Positions 1-11,714 of a DNA stretch of 64,000 nt are shown piece after piece (within the stretch, counting starts at the first letter, position 1; each line of letters begins with the position of its first letter). The notes beneath the pieces are model-generated. The model saw only the letters and a list, made by a program, of their open reading frames with translations, was not told where the DNA came from and searched no databases. Both the position numbers and the translations under genes were made by a program. This stretch comes from Candidatus Heteroclostridium caecigallinarum (GTDB lineage Bacteria; Bacillota; Clostridia; Christensenellales; CAG-314). Location: contig CAJFSP010000004.1 of the NCBI GenBank assembly GCA_904419725.1, positions 1,769-65,768 of the forward strand. The letters run 5' to 3'.

Positions 1-14
1 GATTTTTTTATATA

Positions 15-43
15 TTGACAAACGCAATAAAAAAAATTATACT
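15..43 (+). promoter_or_regulatory. Sigma-A promoter
   Basis: TTGACA (15-20), 17-nt spacer, TATACT (38-43) upstream of ATG 88. Confidence 0.75.
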
Positions 44-87
44 TTGTATTATTTCACGGGCGTTTTTCGCCCGAAAGAGGGTTTTTT

Positions 88-1461
88 ATGTTGAAATTCA
101 ACACGCATTACAACACTCTCGACGAGCCGCTGTACCACTACCAGTTGCAGGACGTCAAAGAGCCCAACCTTTACAGAGATATTTACAATTACGAAGAAAT
201 CCCGAAGGTGACTTTCAACCGCCGCAGGGTGCCGATGAGCGTGCCCGACGAAATATGGATTACCGACACGACTTTCCGCGACGGGCAGCAGTCCAGGGCG
301 CCTTACACGGTGGAGCAAATCGCCGCTCTGTACGAAATGCTGCACAGGCTGGGCGGCCCGAAAGGGCTCATCAGGCAGAGCGAGTTTTTCCTTTACAGCG
401 AAAAGGACAGGCGCGCGGTGGAAAAATGCCGTGAAATGGGCTTTGAGTTTCCGGAAATAACGGGCTGGATAAGGGCAAAAAAAGAGGATTTTCTGCTGGC
501 TAAGGAAATGGGGCTGAAAGAGTGCGGCATACTCGTCAGTTGCAGCGACTACCATATCTTCAAAAAACTGGGGCTGACGCGCAAACAGGCGCTGGATATG
601 TACCTGGGCATTATAAAGGACGCCCTTTCGGTGGGGATAAAGCCGAGATGTCATTTCGAGGACATCACCAGGGCGGATTTTTACGGCTTTGTTGTGCCTT
701 TCGCCACGGAACTCAAAAAACTCATGGACGAAAGCGGCATAGACATAAAAATCCGCGCGTGCGACACCATGGGTTACGGCGTGCCGTATGTGGGCGCGTC
801 GCTTCCGCGCAGCGTGTCGGGCATCATACACGGCCTGCATTTTCACGCCGAAGTGCCGAGCAGGCTTATAGAATGGCACGGCCACAACGATTTTTACAAG
901 GCGGTGACCAACGCCAGTTACGCCTGGCTGTACGGCGCCAGCGGCGTCAACTGCTCGCTGCTGGGCATAGGCGAAAGGACGGGCAACACACCGCTGGAAG
1001 CCATGGTGGTGGAATACGCGCAGCTTAGAGGCACTACCGACGGCATGGACCTCAGGGTGATTACCGAAATAGCCGATTATTACGAAAACGTAATCGGTTA
1101 CAAAATCCCGCCTAAAACGCCGTTCGTCGGAAAGGATTTCAACGTGACGCTGGCGGGCGTGCACGCCGACGGCCTGATGAAAGACGAGGAAATTTACAAT
1201 ATCTTCGACACCGAAAAGATTCTCGGCAAACCGCCGAGGGTCAGCGTCAACAACGCCTCCGGCACGGCGGGCATAGCGCACTGGATAAACCTGTTCGTGG
1301 GGCGCGAGGCGGTGAGCAAAAACGACCCGAGACTTAAACCCGTAAAGGAGTTTATCGACAGGGAGTACGCCAACGGCAGGGTTACGAAATACGGCGACGA
1401 GGAACTGGAATTTATCATAAACAAACTCGCGCCGGGGCTGCTGGACGGCGGAAACAAATGA
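88..1461 (+). CDS. Re-citrate synthase / isopropylmalate-synthase-like DRE-TIM enzyme
   Basis: DTTFRDGQQ and HGHND motifs, GERTGN; N-terminal extension (EPNLYRDIYNYEEIPK) resembles clostridial Re-citrate synthases; no LeuA regulatory domain. Confidence 0.75.
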   Translation: MLKFNTHYNTLDEPLYHYQLQDVKEPNLYRDIYNYEEIPKVTFNRRRVPMSVPDEIWITDTTFRDGQQSRAPYTVEQIAALYEMLHRLGGPKGLIRQSEFFLYSEKDRRAVEKCREMGFEFPEITGWIRAKKEDFLLAKEMGLKECGILVSCSDYHIFKKLGLTRKQALDMYLGIIKDALSVGIKPRCHFEDITRADFYGFVVPFATELKKLMDESGIDIKIRACDTMGYGVPYVGASLPRSVSGIIHGLHFHAEVPSRLIEWHGHNDFYKAVTNASYAWLYGASGVNCSLLGIGERTGNTPLEAMVVEYAQLRGTTDGMDLRVITEIADYYENVIGYKIPPKTPFVGKDFNVTLAGVHADGLMKDEEIYNIFDTEKILGKPPRVSVNNASGTAGIAHWINLFVGREAVSKNDPRLKPVKEFIDREYANGRVTKYGDEELEFIINKLAPGLLDGGNK

Positions 1462-1493
1462 CGGCGGCATTTTGCCGTGGACAACGACTGCCG

Positions 1494-1526
1494 AAGAGCG
1501 GGGAACCGACCCCCGCTCTTTTTTTT
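1494..1526 (+). terminator. Intrinsic terminator
   Basis: AAGAGCGGGG/CCCCGCTCTT hairpin plus T-run. Confidence 0.75.
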
Positions 1527-1596
1527 GGCGCGGCAAGGCAATGGCGGGCGGTCTTTCGCTTGACTTTGACGTGCGGCTCAATATAATTAAATCCGT

Positions 1597-2493
1597 ATGG
1601 AAAACGGACAAAAACGAGGCGCGCTCGCCAAAGCGGCGCTGCTTGTCGCAACGCTTATCTGGGGCAGCACTTTTATTATTTTCAAAGACGCCATGAACGG
1701 GCTTCCGCCGCTGTTTATACTGGCGTTCAGATACCTTGTCGCCACCGTCATTCTTTCGGCGGTGTTTTTCAAAAAACTGCGGCTGATAAACAAAACCTAT
1801 CTTTGGCAGGGCGCCGTGCTGGGCGTTTTTCTGGCGGCGGCGTATATATTCCAGACGTACGGCCTGCAAGGCACCACGCCGGGCAAAAACGCTTTTCTGA
1901 CCGCCGTGTACTGCGTGCTGGTGCCCTTTGTTTCGTGGGCGTTTTTCGGCGGCAGACCCGACAGATTCAACTTTCTGGCGGCGGCGACCTGTCTCGCCGG
2001 CATAGGTTGCGTGTCGCTGGACGGCGACCTCAGCGTGATGCCGGGCGACTGGCTGACGCTTGTCGGGGGCGTGTTTTTCGCTTTGCATATAGCGTTTGTT
2101 GCCCGTTTCAACAGCGATAAGGACGCCGTAACGCTCACGCTGGTGCAGTTTTTCACGGCGGGCGTCATATGCGGCGCCGGTTCGCTGTGTTTCGAAACGC
2201 TTCCGTCGTCGGTGCCTCCCGCCGCGTGGACGGAAATAATATACCTTGCCGTGTGCGGCACCGCCGTAGCCATGCTGCTGCAAAACGTGGGACAGAAATA
2301 CGTTTCGTCCTCGTCGGCGGCGATTATACTCAGCCTCGAAGCGCTGTTCGGCGTGCTGTTCAGCGTGATTTTCGGGTATGAAAACCTGTCGGTTAAACTG
2401 GTCATCGGGTTCGCCCTGATATTTTTCGCCATAATCACCAGCGAAACCAAGTGGAAATTCGTCCGCCGCCGTGGCGGCGGAAGCGAAAACTGA
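1597..2493 (+). CDS. DMT/EamA family transporter
   Basis: IWGSTF, RY/RF-type motif, duplicated EamA pattern, about 10 TM helices. Confidence 0.85.
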   Translation: MENGQKRGALAKAALLVATLIWGSTFIIFKDAMNGLPPLFILAFRYLVATVILSAVFFKKLRLINKTYLWQGAVLGVFLAAAYIFQTYGLQGTTPGKNAFLTAVYCVLVPFVSWAFFGGRPDRFNFLAAATCLAGIGCVSLDGDLSVMPGDWLTLVGGVFFALHIAFVARFNSDKDAVTLTLVQFFTAGVICGAGSLCFETLPSSVPPAAWTEIIYLAVCGTAVAMLLQNVGQKYVSSSSAAIILSLEALFGVLFSVIFGYENLSVKLVIGFALIFFAIITSETKWKFVRRRGGGSEN

Positions 2494-2541
2494 CCCAATC
2501 GTTTGCGTAAAACGCTTTCAGGCATTATAATTTTACAGATT

Positions 2542-3924
2542 ATGCGGCAAAACACTCTTTCGGGCGAGAACGCTCTTACACAAGGTAAAATCTTTCCCGC
2601 GCTCATGCGCTTCGCTATTCCTTTTCTGGTGGCGAATTTTTTGCAGCAGCTTTACGGGGCGGTGGATTTGCTTGTGGTGGGGCAGTTTTGCGACACCGCC
2701 GCCGTGTCCGCCGTGTCGACGGGCAGCCAGGTCATGAAGACGATAACCGGCATAGTGACGGGGCTGGCGACGGGCACCACCGTGCTGGTGGGGCAGTATA
2801 TAGGCGCCGGGCGGCGGGAGGACGCCGCCAAAACTGTGGGCTCAACCGCCGTGCTGTTCGTTATAGTAGCCGCCGTTCTTACGGCGGTCATGCTGCTTCT
2901 GACCCGCCAGGTGGCGGTCGTAATGCAGGCGCCCGCCGAGGCGTTTGACCAGACGGTGGACTATATCTTCATCTGTTCCGTCGGCATAGTGTTTATAGTG
3001 GGTTACAACGCCGTAAGCGGCATATTGCGCGGCATGGGCGACAGCAAAAGCCCGATGTATTTCGTCATAGTCGCCACGGTAGTCAACGTGGGGCTGGACC
3101 TGCTTTTCGTGGCGGTGTTCGACATGAAAGCGGCGGGCGCCGCTTACGCCACCGTCATTGCCCAGGCGTGCAGTTTTATCTTCGCGGTTATCTGGCTGCG
3201 CGTGAAGGGCATGGGCATCGGCTTCGGCAAAAAAGACATGCGCCTCGACAGGCGCAAGACAAAAGGCATTCTCCGTTTCGGCACGCCGGTGGCGTTGCAG
3301 GAAGCGCTGGTCAACATATCGTTTCTCATCATAACCGCCATTCTCAACGGCAAGGGGCTTGTCGCCTCCGCTGCCGTCGGCGTGGTGGAAAAAGTCATCT
3401 GCTTCGACGTGCTTCCGATTACCGCGTTTTCCATGGCGATATCCGCCATGACGGCACAGAACGTGGGCGCCGGCAAACCCGAAAGGGGCAAAAAATGCAT
3501 GGTTTACGGCATACTGTTCACCGCCGCGGTGGAAGCGGTTGTCGTGCTGTTTGTGGAACTGGGCGGCGGACCGCTGCTGCTGGGCATCTTCTCCACCGAC
3601 GCCGAAGTTATCTCGCAGGGGTTTTTGTATATGCGCTCTTACATACTCGACTGCCTGCTGCTTTGCGCGGTGTTCTGCATGAACGGGTTTTTCAACGGCT
3701 GCGGCAAAACCTTTTTCACCATGGCGCACAGCCTGTTCGCCACTTTCGTCATCAGGGTGCCGCTGGCGTGGCTGTTCAGTTCGCTGGAAAGCATGGGTAT
3801 GTTTGAAATAGGTCTGGCGGCGCCCGTTGCCACCGCCGTTTCGATAGCGCTCTGCCTTATTTACATGAAGAGCGGAAGATGGAAAAACTATAATACCGAT
3901 AAAAAGGAAGCCGATTTGTTATGA
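2542..3924 (+). CDS. MATE family efflux transporter
   Basis: LQQLYGAVD, RGMGDSKSP, QNVGAG motifs; start taken at ATG 2542. Confidence 0.88.
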   Translation: MRQNTLSGENALTQGKIFPALMRFAIPFLVANFLQQLYGAVDLLVVGQFCDTAAVSAVSTGSQVMKTITGIVTGLATGTTVLVGQYIGAGRREDAAKTVGSTAVLFVIVAAVLTAVMLLLTRQVAVVMQAPAEAFDQTVDYIFICSVGIVFIVGYNAVSGILRGMGDSKSPMYFVIVATVVNVGLDLLFVAVFDMKAAGAAYATVIAQACSFIFAVIWLRVKGMGIGFGKKDMRLDRRKTKGILRFGTPVALQEALVNISFLIITAILNGKGLVASAAVGVVEKVICFDVLPITAFSMAISAMTAQNVGAGKPERGKKCMVYGILFTAAVEAVVVLFVELGGGPLLLGIFSTDAEVISQGFLYMRSYILDCLLLCAVFCMNGFFNGCGKTFFTMAHSLFATFVIRVPLAWLFSSLESMGMFEIGLAAPVATAVSIALCLIYMKSGRWKNYNTDKKEADLL

Positions 3925-4478
3925 ACCTGATTGATGAACTGCGTCGGGCGAAGATAATCCCCGCCGTAAAAGAGGACAAACAGCTGGCAAACGCCGTAAA
4001 AGCAGGGAGCGGCGTGGTGTTTCTGCTCAAAAGCGACATTCTCAGCGTGGGCGACGCCGTGGCTTTCTGCCACTCGAAAGGCAAAAAAGTGCTGGTGCAT
4101 TTCGACCTTCTGGAAGGGTTGTCAAACGACGAGGCCGCCGTGCGGTATCTCGCCGAAAAGGTGCGCCCCGACGGGATAATTTCCACAAAAAACAACGTGG
4201 TGAAAATCGCCAAGCAATACGGGCTGTTTTGCGTGTTCAGGGTGTTTCTCATCGATTCGCACTCGGTGCAGACGGCTTTCGCCAACACGGTGAAAAACAA
4301 AGCCGACGCCGTGGAAATTCTGCCCGGCGTGATTACCGAAATGATCGGGGTTTTCAAAAAGGAAACGGGCGCCGAGGTGATAACCGGCGGACTCATCAAA
4401 ACAAAACGGCATATCGACGACGCTCTCGCCGCCGGCGCGCTCTGCTGCTCCACAAGCGACGAGGAACTCTGGCCTTGA
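3921..4478 (+). CDS. glpP: Glycerol-3-phosphate-responsive antiterminator
   Basis: HFDLLEGL, DGIISTK, FLIDS, EILPG, GGLI motifs; next to glp genes. Confidence 0.92.
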   Translation: MNLIDELRRAKIIPAVKEDKQLANAVKAGSGVVFLLKSDILSVGDAVAFCHSKGKKVLVHFDLLEGLSNDEAAVRYLAEKVRPDGIISTKNNVVKIAKQYGLFCVFRVFLIDSHSVQTAFANTVKNKADAVEILPGVITEMIGVFKKETGAEVITGGLIKTKRHIDDALAAGALCCSTSDEELWP

Positions 4479-4621
4479 AAAACGAAGGAGCCCTTTCGGG
4501 CTCTTTTTCGTTTTAGGGCGTTTTTAGCGCTTTTTGTCAAAATAATGACGAAAATTGCGCCAAAAATCGTCGGTTTTCAGCAAAAAACACAAAAAATAAC
4601 CTGTTTTTTTCAAATTCGGTA

Positions 4622-4770
4622 TTGACAAGCGGATTTTTGGCTCATATACTTATGGTAGAATAAAAATCCCCGTCAGGGGGCGCATATCATTTGTTATTGT
4701 AAGGGTTCGGGAGTCGCAATACGGATGAGAAACGTTTTATGATGTTTCTGGCCGGAGTGCGGCTTTTTTA
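4622..4770 (+). promoter_or_regulatory. Promoter plus leader with terminator, probable GlpP antitermination target
   Basis: TTGACA (4622)-17-TATACT (4645); leader hairpin GAGTCGCA...TGCGGCTT plus T-run ahead of the glp operon. Confidence 0.65.
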
Positions 4771-4805
4771 TTTGGCAAAATTTTAACGAGGAAGGCGGAT
4801 TTTTT

Positions 4806-6233
4806 ATGTATGACGTGTTTATCATCGGCGGCGGGGTTATAGGCTGCTCGCTGGCGAGAGAACTCAGCAGGTACGATGTCAAAATCGCCGTCGCCGAAAA
4901 AGAGGACGACGTGGCGATGGGTACCAGTAAGGCCAACTCCGGTATAGTTCACGCCGGATTCGACGCCAAAACGGGCTCCAACAAAGCCATTTACAATGTG
5001 CTGGGCGCCCGTATGTTCGACGAACTGAGCAAAGAACTGGATTTTCCTTTCAGGCGCAACGGCGCCATGGTCTTGTGCTTTGACAAATCGGGCGAGCCGA
5101 AACTCAAAGCGCTTTACGACCAGGGTGTGGCAAACGGCGTTACGGGGCTGGAAATAATTTCCGGCGACAGGGCGAGGGAAATAGAGCCTAGCGTATCGGC
5201 GGAAGTGGTCGCCGCGCTGCACGTACCGTCGTCGGGCATAGTCAGCCCTTATGAAATGACGATAGCCTACGCCGAAAACGCCTGCGTCAACGGCGTGGAG
5301 TTTATGCTGGGCAAGGAAGTTACCGGCATAGAGAAAAGCGGAGGGGTCTTTACGCTGACTTTCGCCGACGGCGAAAGCAAACAGGCCAGAATCGTCGTCA
5401 ACTGCGCCGGCGTGTACGCCGACGTCATAAACAACATGGTGTGCGGCGAAAAAATAGACATAGTGTCCAGAAAAGGCGAATACTGCCTGCTGGACAAGAA
5501 GTGCGGCGGGCTGACCGACTGCACGCTTTTCCAACTGCCTACGGCAATGGGCAAGGGCGTGCTGGTGGCGCCGACGACGCACGGCAATATTCTGGTGGGT
5601 CCGACGGCGGAAGACATCGAGGGAAAAGACGACGTGGACACCACTTACGCCGGGCTCAACAAAGCGTTCGACACCGCTTCGCTCAGCGTGCCGTCGCTCA
5701 GCAGACGCAACATAATCACCCAGTTTGCCGGGCTGAGGGCGCACAGTACCGCCGATGATTTTATAATAGGCGAAAGCGAAGCAGAGGGGTTTTACAACAT
5801 CGCCGGCATAGAGTCTCCGGGACTTTCCAGCGCGCCGGCAATCGCCGCCGAAACGGCGGAAAAACTCGCCGGGAAACTCGGCGCCGGCAAAAAGAAAAAT
5901 TTCATAGCCAAACGCAAGGGCATTCCGCATTTCGCTTCCATGAGCGACAGCGAAAGGGCGGCGCTCATCAAGGAAAACAAACTGTACGGCAGGATTGTCT
6001 GCCGCTGCGAAAACGTGACCGAGGGCGAAATAGTGGACGCCATAAACAGGCCGCTGGGCGCCACCGACATGGACGGCGTCAAACGCCGCACCAGGGCGGG
6101 CATGGGCAGGTGCCAGGCGGGGTTCTGCACGCCTAGGGTCATGGAAATTCTGGCGAGGGAACTCGGCAAAGACCAGACTGAAATAACCAAATACGGAAAG
6201 GGAAGCAATCTCGTCGTAGGGAGGACAAAATGA
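4806..6233 (+). CDS. FAD-dependent glycerol-3-phosphate dehydrogenase-like oxidoreductase with C-terminal BFD-like [2Fe-2S] domain
   Basis: GGGVIG, TSKANSGIVHAG, CRCE...GMGRCQAGFC; operon with glpK. Confidence 0.85.
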   Translation: MYDVFIIGGGVIGCSLARELSRYDVKIAVAEKEDDVAMGTSKANSGIVHAGFDAKTGSNKAIYNVLGARMFDELSKELDFPFRRNGAMVLCFDKSGEPKLKALYDQGVANGVTGLEIISGDRAREIEPSVSAEVVAALHVPSSGIVSPYEMTIAYAENACVNGVEFMLGKEVTGIEKSGGVFTLTFADGESKQARIVVNCAGVYADVINNMVCGEKIDIVSRKGEYCLLDKKCGGLTDCTLFQLPTAMGKGVLVAPTTHGNILVGPTAEDIEGKDDVDTTYAGLNKAFDTASLSVPSLSRRNIITQFAGLRAHSTADDFIIGESEAEGFYNIAGIESPGLSSAPAIAAETAEKLAGKLGAGKKKNFIAKRKGIPHFASMSDSERAALIKENKLYGRIVCRCENVTEGEIVDAINRPLGATDMDGVKRRTRAGMGRCQAGFCTPRVMEILARELGKDQTEITKYGKGSNLVVGRTK

Positions 6234-7504
6234 AAACTCATGATTTGGTAATCATCGGCGGCGGTCCCGCCGGACTCGCGGCGGCGAAATCGGCTTATGA
6301 CGCCGGCGTCAGGGATATGCTTATTCTGGAAAGAGAGGCGTCGCTCGGCGGCATACTCAACCAGTGCATTCACAACGGTTTCGGTCTGCATACTTTCAAA
6401 GAAGAACTCACGGGTCCCGAATACGCCCAGAGATACATAGACGAAGTCGTAAAAAGAAACATTCCTTATAAACTCGACAGCACCGTTATAAACATAGATA
6501 AGGACAAAGTCGTGACATACGTCAACGAGGAAGACGGTCTGCAAAAAGTACAGGCGAAAGCCGTTATACTTTCATGCGGGTGCAGGGAACGCCCGAGGGG
6601 CGGCATAAACATAGCGGGCGCGCGCTGCGCCGGCATATTCTCGGCGGGCACGGCGCAGAAACTCGTCAACATCGAGGGGCTGATGCCGGGCAAAGAAGTC
6701 GTGATTCTGGGTTCGGGCGACATAGGCCTCATCATGGCGCGCCGCATGACGTTCGAGGGCGCCAAGGTCAAGGCGGTTGTGGAACTTATGCCTTATTCGT
6801 CGGGTCTCAACAGAAACATCGTGCAGTGCCTTAAAGACTTTGACATTCCGCTGATGTTTTCGCACACGGTGGTGGATATCAAAGCCACAAACGGCAGGGT
6901 GTCGAGCGTGGTGATAGCGCAGGTTGACGACAAACTGCGGCCTATGCTGGAAACGTCCACGGAAATCAAGTGCGACACGCTGCTGCTCAGCGTGGGTCTG
7001 CTGCCTGAAAACGAACTCGCCGGCTACGCCGACGTGGAAATTTCGCCTATAACAAACGGCGCCGTGGTGGACGACAAAATGATGACTAATGTGGAAGGCA
7101 TTTTCGAGTGCGGCAACGTGCTGCACGTGCACGACCTTGTGGACTTTGTCAGCCAGGAGAGCGAGCACGCCGGAAAGTGCGCCGCCGATTATATCGCCGG
7201 GGGCGTCAGCCGCGACAGCCGCGTGGACGTCAAGGGCGCCGGCGGCGTGAGATACGTTGTGCCGCAGAAAATCAACAAAGACGATGACGACGAGCCGATA
7301 AGCCTCAAAATGCGCGTCGGCAACGTGTATAAAAACGTGGAAATAGCCGTGTTGCTTGACGGCGAGAAAATCGCTTCCAAAAAGAAGCAGATTGTCACGC
7401 CGGGCGAAATGGAAACCATAGTGCTTAAAAGCGACGTTGTGAAAAAAGTCAAGACGCAAGGCAAAAACATGGAAGTCACGCTGATTGCGGGAGGCGCCAA
7501 ATGA
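6230..7504 (+). CDS. NAD(P)/FAD-dependent oxidoreductase, partner subunit of G3P dehydrogenase
   Basis: GGGPAGL, QCIHNGFG, GSGDIG, CGNVLHVHDLVD. Confidence 0.85.
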   Translation: MKTHDLVIIGGGPAGLAAAKSAYDAGVRDMLILEREASLGGILNQCIHNGFGLHTFKEELTGPEYAQRYIDEVVKRNIPYKLDSTVINIDKDKVVTYVNEEDGLQKVQAKAVILSCGCRERPRGGINIAGARCAGIFSAGTAQKLVNIEGLMPGKEVVILGSGDIGLIMARRMTFEGAKVKAVVELMPYSSGLNRNIVQCLKDFDIPLMFSHTVVDIKATNGRVSSVVIAQVDDKLRPMLETSTEIKCDTLLLSVGLLPENELAGYADVEISPITNGAVVDDKMMTNVEGIFECGNVLHVHDLVDFVSQESEHAGKCAADYIAGGVSRDSRVDVKGAGGVRYVVPQKINKDDDDEPISLKMRVGNVYKNVEIAVLLDGEKIASKKKQIVTPGEMETIVLKSDVVKKVKTQGKNMEVTLIAGGAK

Positions 7505-7863
7505 TTAGGGAAATGATTTGCATAAGCTGCCCGATGGGCTGTCATCTCACCGTGGACGACAGCGACAAAAACGACATCAAGGTCAGCGGCAACACCTGCC
7601 CGAGGGGCAGAATATACGGCATAAACGAAGTCACCGCGCCAAAGCGCATGGTGACCAGTTCCGTTGAGGTGACGGGTTCCGACGCCAAGCGGGTTTCGGT
7701 CAAGACGTCGGAGCCTGTGCCGAAAGAACAGATTTTCGAGTGTCTTGACGTGATAAGAACTATCACGGCGGCGGCGCCTGTCAGAATAGGCGACGTGCTT
7801 TACAAAAACGTGTGCGGCAGCGGAGCCGACATCGTCGCCACAAGAAACGCCGACAAAATTTGA
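7501..7863 (+). CDS. DUF1667 small Fe-S protein
   Basis: CISCPMGC and GNTCPRG motifs; usual third gene of this operon. Confidence 0.85.
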   Translation: MIREMICISCPMGCHLTVDDSDKNDIKVSGNTCPRGRIYGINEVTAPKRMVTSSVEVTGSDAKRVSVKTSEPVPKEQIFECLDVIRTITAAAPVRIGDVLYKNVCGSGADIVATRNADKI

Positions 7864-9363
<1,500 letters not shown>

Positions 9364-9498
9364 AGTGATTTTTTGGCAAGGCGGGGCGAAACGCGGAGCT
9401 CCTGCCCGGCGGAGAGCGGCGCCGCGAGGCGTACGCGCCAAAAAAGTCTTTCGCGTCTTTTGAGAAAAGGCGTAGTATAAAATTTTTAGGAGGAACTT

Positions 9499-11472
9499 AT
9501 GGAGTATTTGAGAAAAAACAAGAAGTCCCTGCTGATGCTGGTCATAGTGCTGGCGGTGATTCTTGTTAGCAGTTTCTTCGCGTCCATGATTCAGTCGGCG
9601 GGTTATAAAGTCCGTGTGACCGATTTGCGCGACGCGACGAACAGCGGTTACCTCATCAACGAAGAAACAGGTCAGGCAACGACCACAGAAGTCAACGGCA
9701 AAGTTGTCAGCGGCATACTGTTTATGCCGAAAGACGCTTCCGCCAGCAACAAAAAACCGGCGGTCGTTTTGACGCACGGCTATCTCAACAACAGAGAGTT
9801 GCAGTTGCAGAACGCCATCGAACTTGCTCGCAGAGGTTTCATCGTGCTGACTATCGACCGTGAAGGTCATGGCAATTATTTGCCGACAAGTGATAAAGGC
9901 AGCGCGATGATGAACACTTCCGGCATGTATGACAGCGCAAAATATCTGTACAATTTGCCTGAGGTTGACAAAACCAAAATAGGTATTTCCGGTCACTCGA
10001 TGGGCGGCATGACAACGGCGGCAACGCTCATGCAGGACGCCAGCGTGGGTATCATCTCCGCCGGTCTCATGCAAGGCTGGGATTCTTTCATGGGGGCGGG
10101 CGCCGATGTTTCGGTCGGTATCCTTAAAGCGATGGACGACGAGTTCTTCTTCGGCAGCAAATTTGCTGACGGCACCGAATCCATCTGCCGTGAATATCTG
10201 CAATCCGTTGGCGCGGCGAACTTCGTCAAAGCGTCTTACACCGAAGGGGACAAGAGTTCCATCGACATCAAGAGCGGCGGCATTTACGTCAACGGTCAGC
10301 TTACAACGACTTCCGACGACGGCAGCGCCGTGGGGCAGCCGTTCCGCGTAATTTACGAAGCTAACGAAATTCACCCGCTCAACCACTTCTCGACGGAAAG
10401 CGCCGGTTACATTGTCGATTTCTTCTACAAAGCGTTCGGCACGCCTGACGGCAACGACTTTATCGCGGGCGGCAACCAGATTTGGTGGATAAAAGAAGCC
10501 TTCTCGACGGTAGGTCTGGCGGCGTTCTTTGTGCTTATATTCCCTGTGGTCAGCCTGCTTCTCACCCTGCCTTGCTTCGCTTCGCTCAGGAAGAAGGAAG
10601 AACTCGACCTCGACGCCGACCTGCCTTCCATCAAAAAGGGCGGCCTGTGCGGCATAACAAGCACCGTCACTTATTTTGCCGGCGGTCTGGCGTGTATGCT
10701 GTTTGGCGGGTTTATCCTCCAAAAGGCATATAATGAATGGGGACCTAGACTCTTCCCTCAGGGTACATACTTCCCTCAGGACACCACGGGCAGCGTTGCC
10801 GGCTGGGCTGTCATCTGCGCGGCGTTCGGCCTGACGGTCATGGGCGTAATGTGGCTGGTAAAAGCCATTGTCGCCAAAGTGGCTTCGAGCAAGGGCAAAG
10901 AAACGCTTGCCGTGGGCAATCCGTTTGCCTGCGCCAAAATCGGCATAGCGGACTTCCTGAAAACAATATTCCTGGCGATTGTGGTAATCGCTCTGCTGTA
11001 TCTGGTAGTGTTCATCAACTGGGAAATCTGGGTTGTCGACTTCCGCATCTGGACGTTCGACGTCAAACCGTTCATGATTGAAATCGTGCCGGCTATTTCC
11101 AGATATATACCTTGGTTCTTTGCTTATTACGCTGTCAGCGCAATCGGCAACGCGGGCTATCGCCTCAAAGATTTGCCTGAATGGGCGACCATCGCTATCA
11201 ACGCCTTCTTCAACGCGGCGGGCGTGCTGCTTGTAATACTCATCCAGTACATCACCTTCCGCTCCACCGGCGTGCTGTGGCAAGGAGATATGGCGTTGGG
11301 TTACATCGTGGTATTCCCGATGGTGGCTGTGCTGGCAATCGCCACAATCATCTCCCGTATTATTTACAAAAAGACGGGCAACATCTGGCTGGGCGCAATG
11401 ATAAACGCCATACTCTTCACGATTATCACCTGCGCCAACACTGCTGCCGGCTATATCTATACGTTTGCTTAA
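9499..11472 (+). CDS. Membrane-anchored alpha/beta hydrolase with C-terminal multi-TM domain
   Basis: N-terminal TM, HGY oxyanion motif, GHSMGG nucleophile elbow, multiple C-terminal TM helices; AGGAGG RBS. Confidence 0.8.
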   Translation: MEYLRKNKKSLLMLVIVLAVILVSSFFASMIQSAGYKVRVTDLRDATNSGYLINEETGQATTTEVNGKVVSGILFMPKDASASNKKPAVVLTHGYLNNRELQLQNAIELARRGFIVLTIDREGHGNYLPTSDKGSAMMNTSGMYDSAKYLYNLPEVDKTKIGISGHSMGGMTTAATLMQDASVGIISAGLMQGWDSFMGAGADVSVGILKAMDDEFFFGSKFADGTESICREYLQSVGAANFVKASYTEGDKSSIDIKSGGIYVNGQLTTTSDDGSAVGQPFRVIYEANEIHPLNHFSTESAGYIVDFFYKAFGTPDGNDFIAGGNQIWWIKEAFSTVGLAAFFVLIFPVVSLLLTLPCFASLRKKEELDLDADLPSIKKGGLCGITSTVTYFAGGLACMLFGGFILQKAYNEWGPRLFPQGTYFPQDTTGSVAGWAVICAAFGLTVMGVMWLVKAIVAKVASSKGKETLAVGNPFACAKIGIADFLKTIFLAIVVIALLYLVVFINWEIWVVDFRIWTFDVKPFMIEIVPAISRYIPWFFAYYAVSAIGNAGYRLKDLPEWATIAINAFFNAAGVLLVILIQYITFRSTGVLWQGDMALGYIVVFPMVAVLAIATIISRIIYKKTGNIWLGAMINAILFTIITCANTAAGYIYTFA

Positions 11473-11481
11473 TTAACAAAC

Positions 11482-11513
11482 AAAAAGACGGTCTTTTGAC
11501 CGTCTTTTTTTTT
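11482..11513 (+). terminator. Intrinsic terminator
   Basis: AAAAAGACGGTC/GACCGTCTTTTT plus T-run. Confidence 0.8.
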
Positions 11514-11610
11514 GCCCCTTGCGTATGCCTGCCGCCGCAAAGGGGAAAACTCTCCGTGAAAAACAGTTGAAAAAAATCTCAAAAAAAATTAAAAAATTTT
11601 CAAAAAACCG

Positions 11611-11667
11611 TTGACAAACTTCTAGCGCGGGTATATTATATTAGCAGTCAAAGGGAATGAGTGCTAG
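11611..11667 (+). promoter_or_regulatory. Sigma-A promoter with CIRCE (HrcA operator)
   Basis: TTGACA (11611)-17-TATTAT (11634), then TTAGCAGTC-N9-GAGTGCTAG (11641-11667), two mismatches from the CIRCE consensus. Confidence 0.85.
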
Positions 11668-11714
11668 CACTCATAAACAATGACCGAAAACAGACAGTTA
11701 CGGAGGTGTTATAT

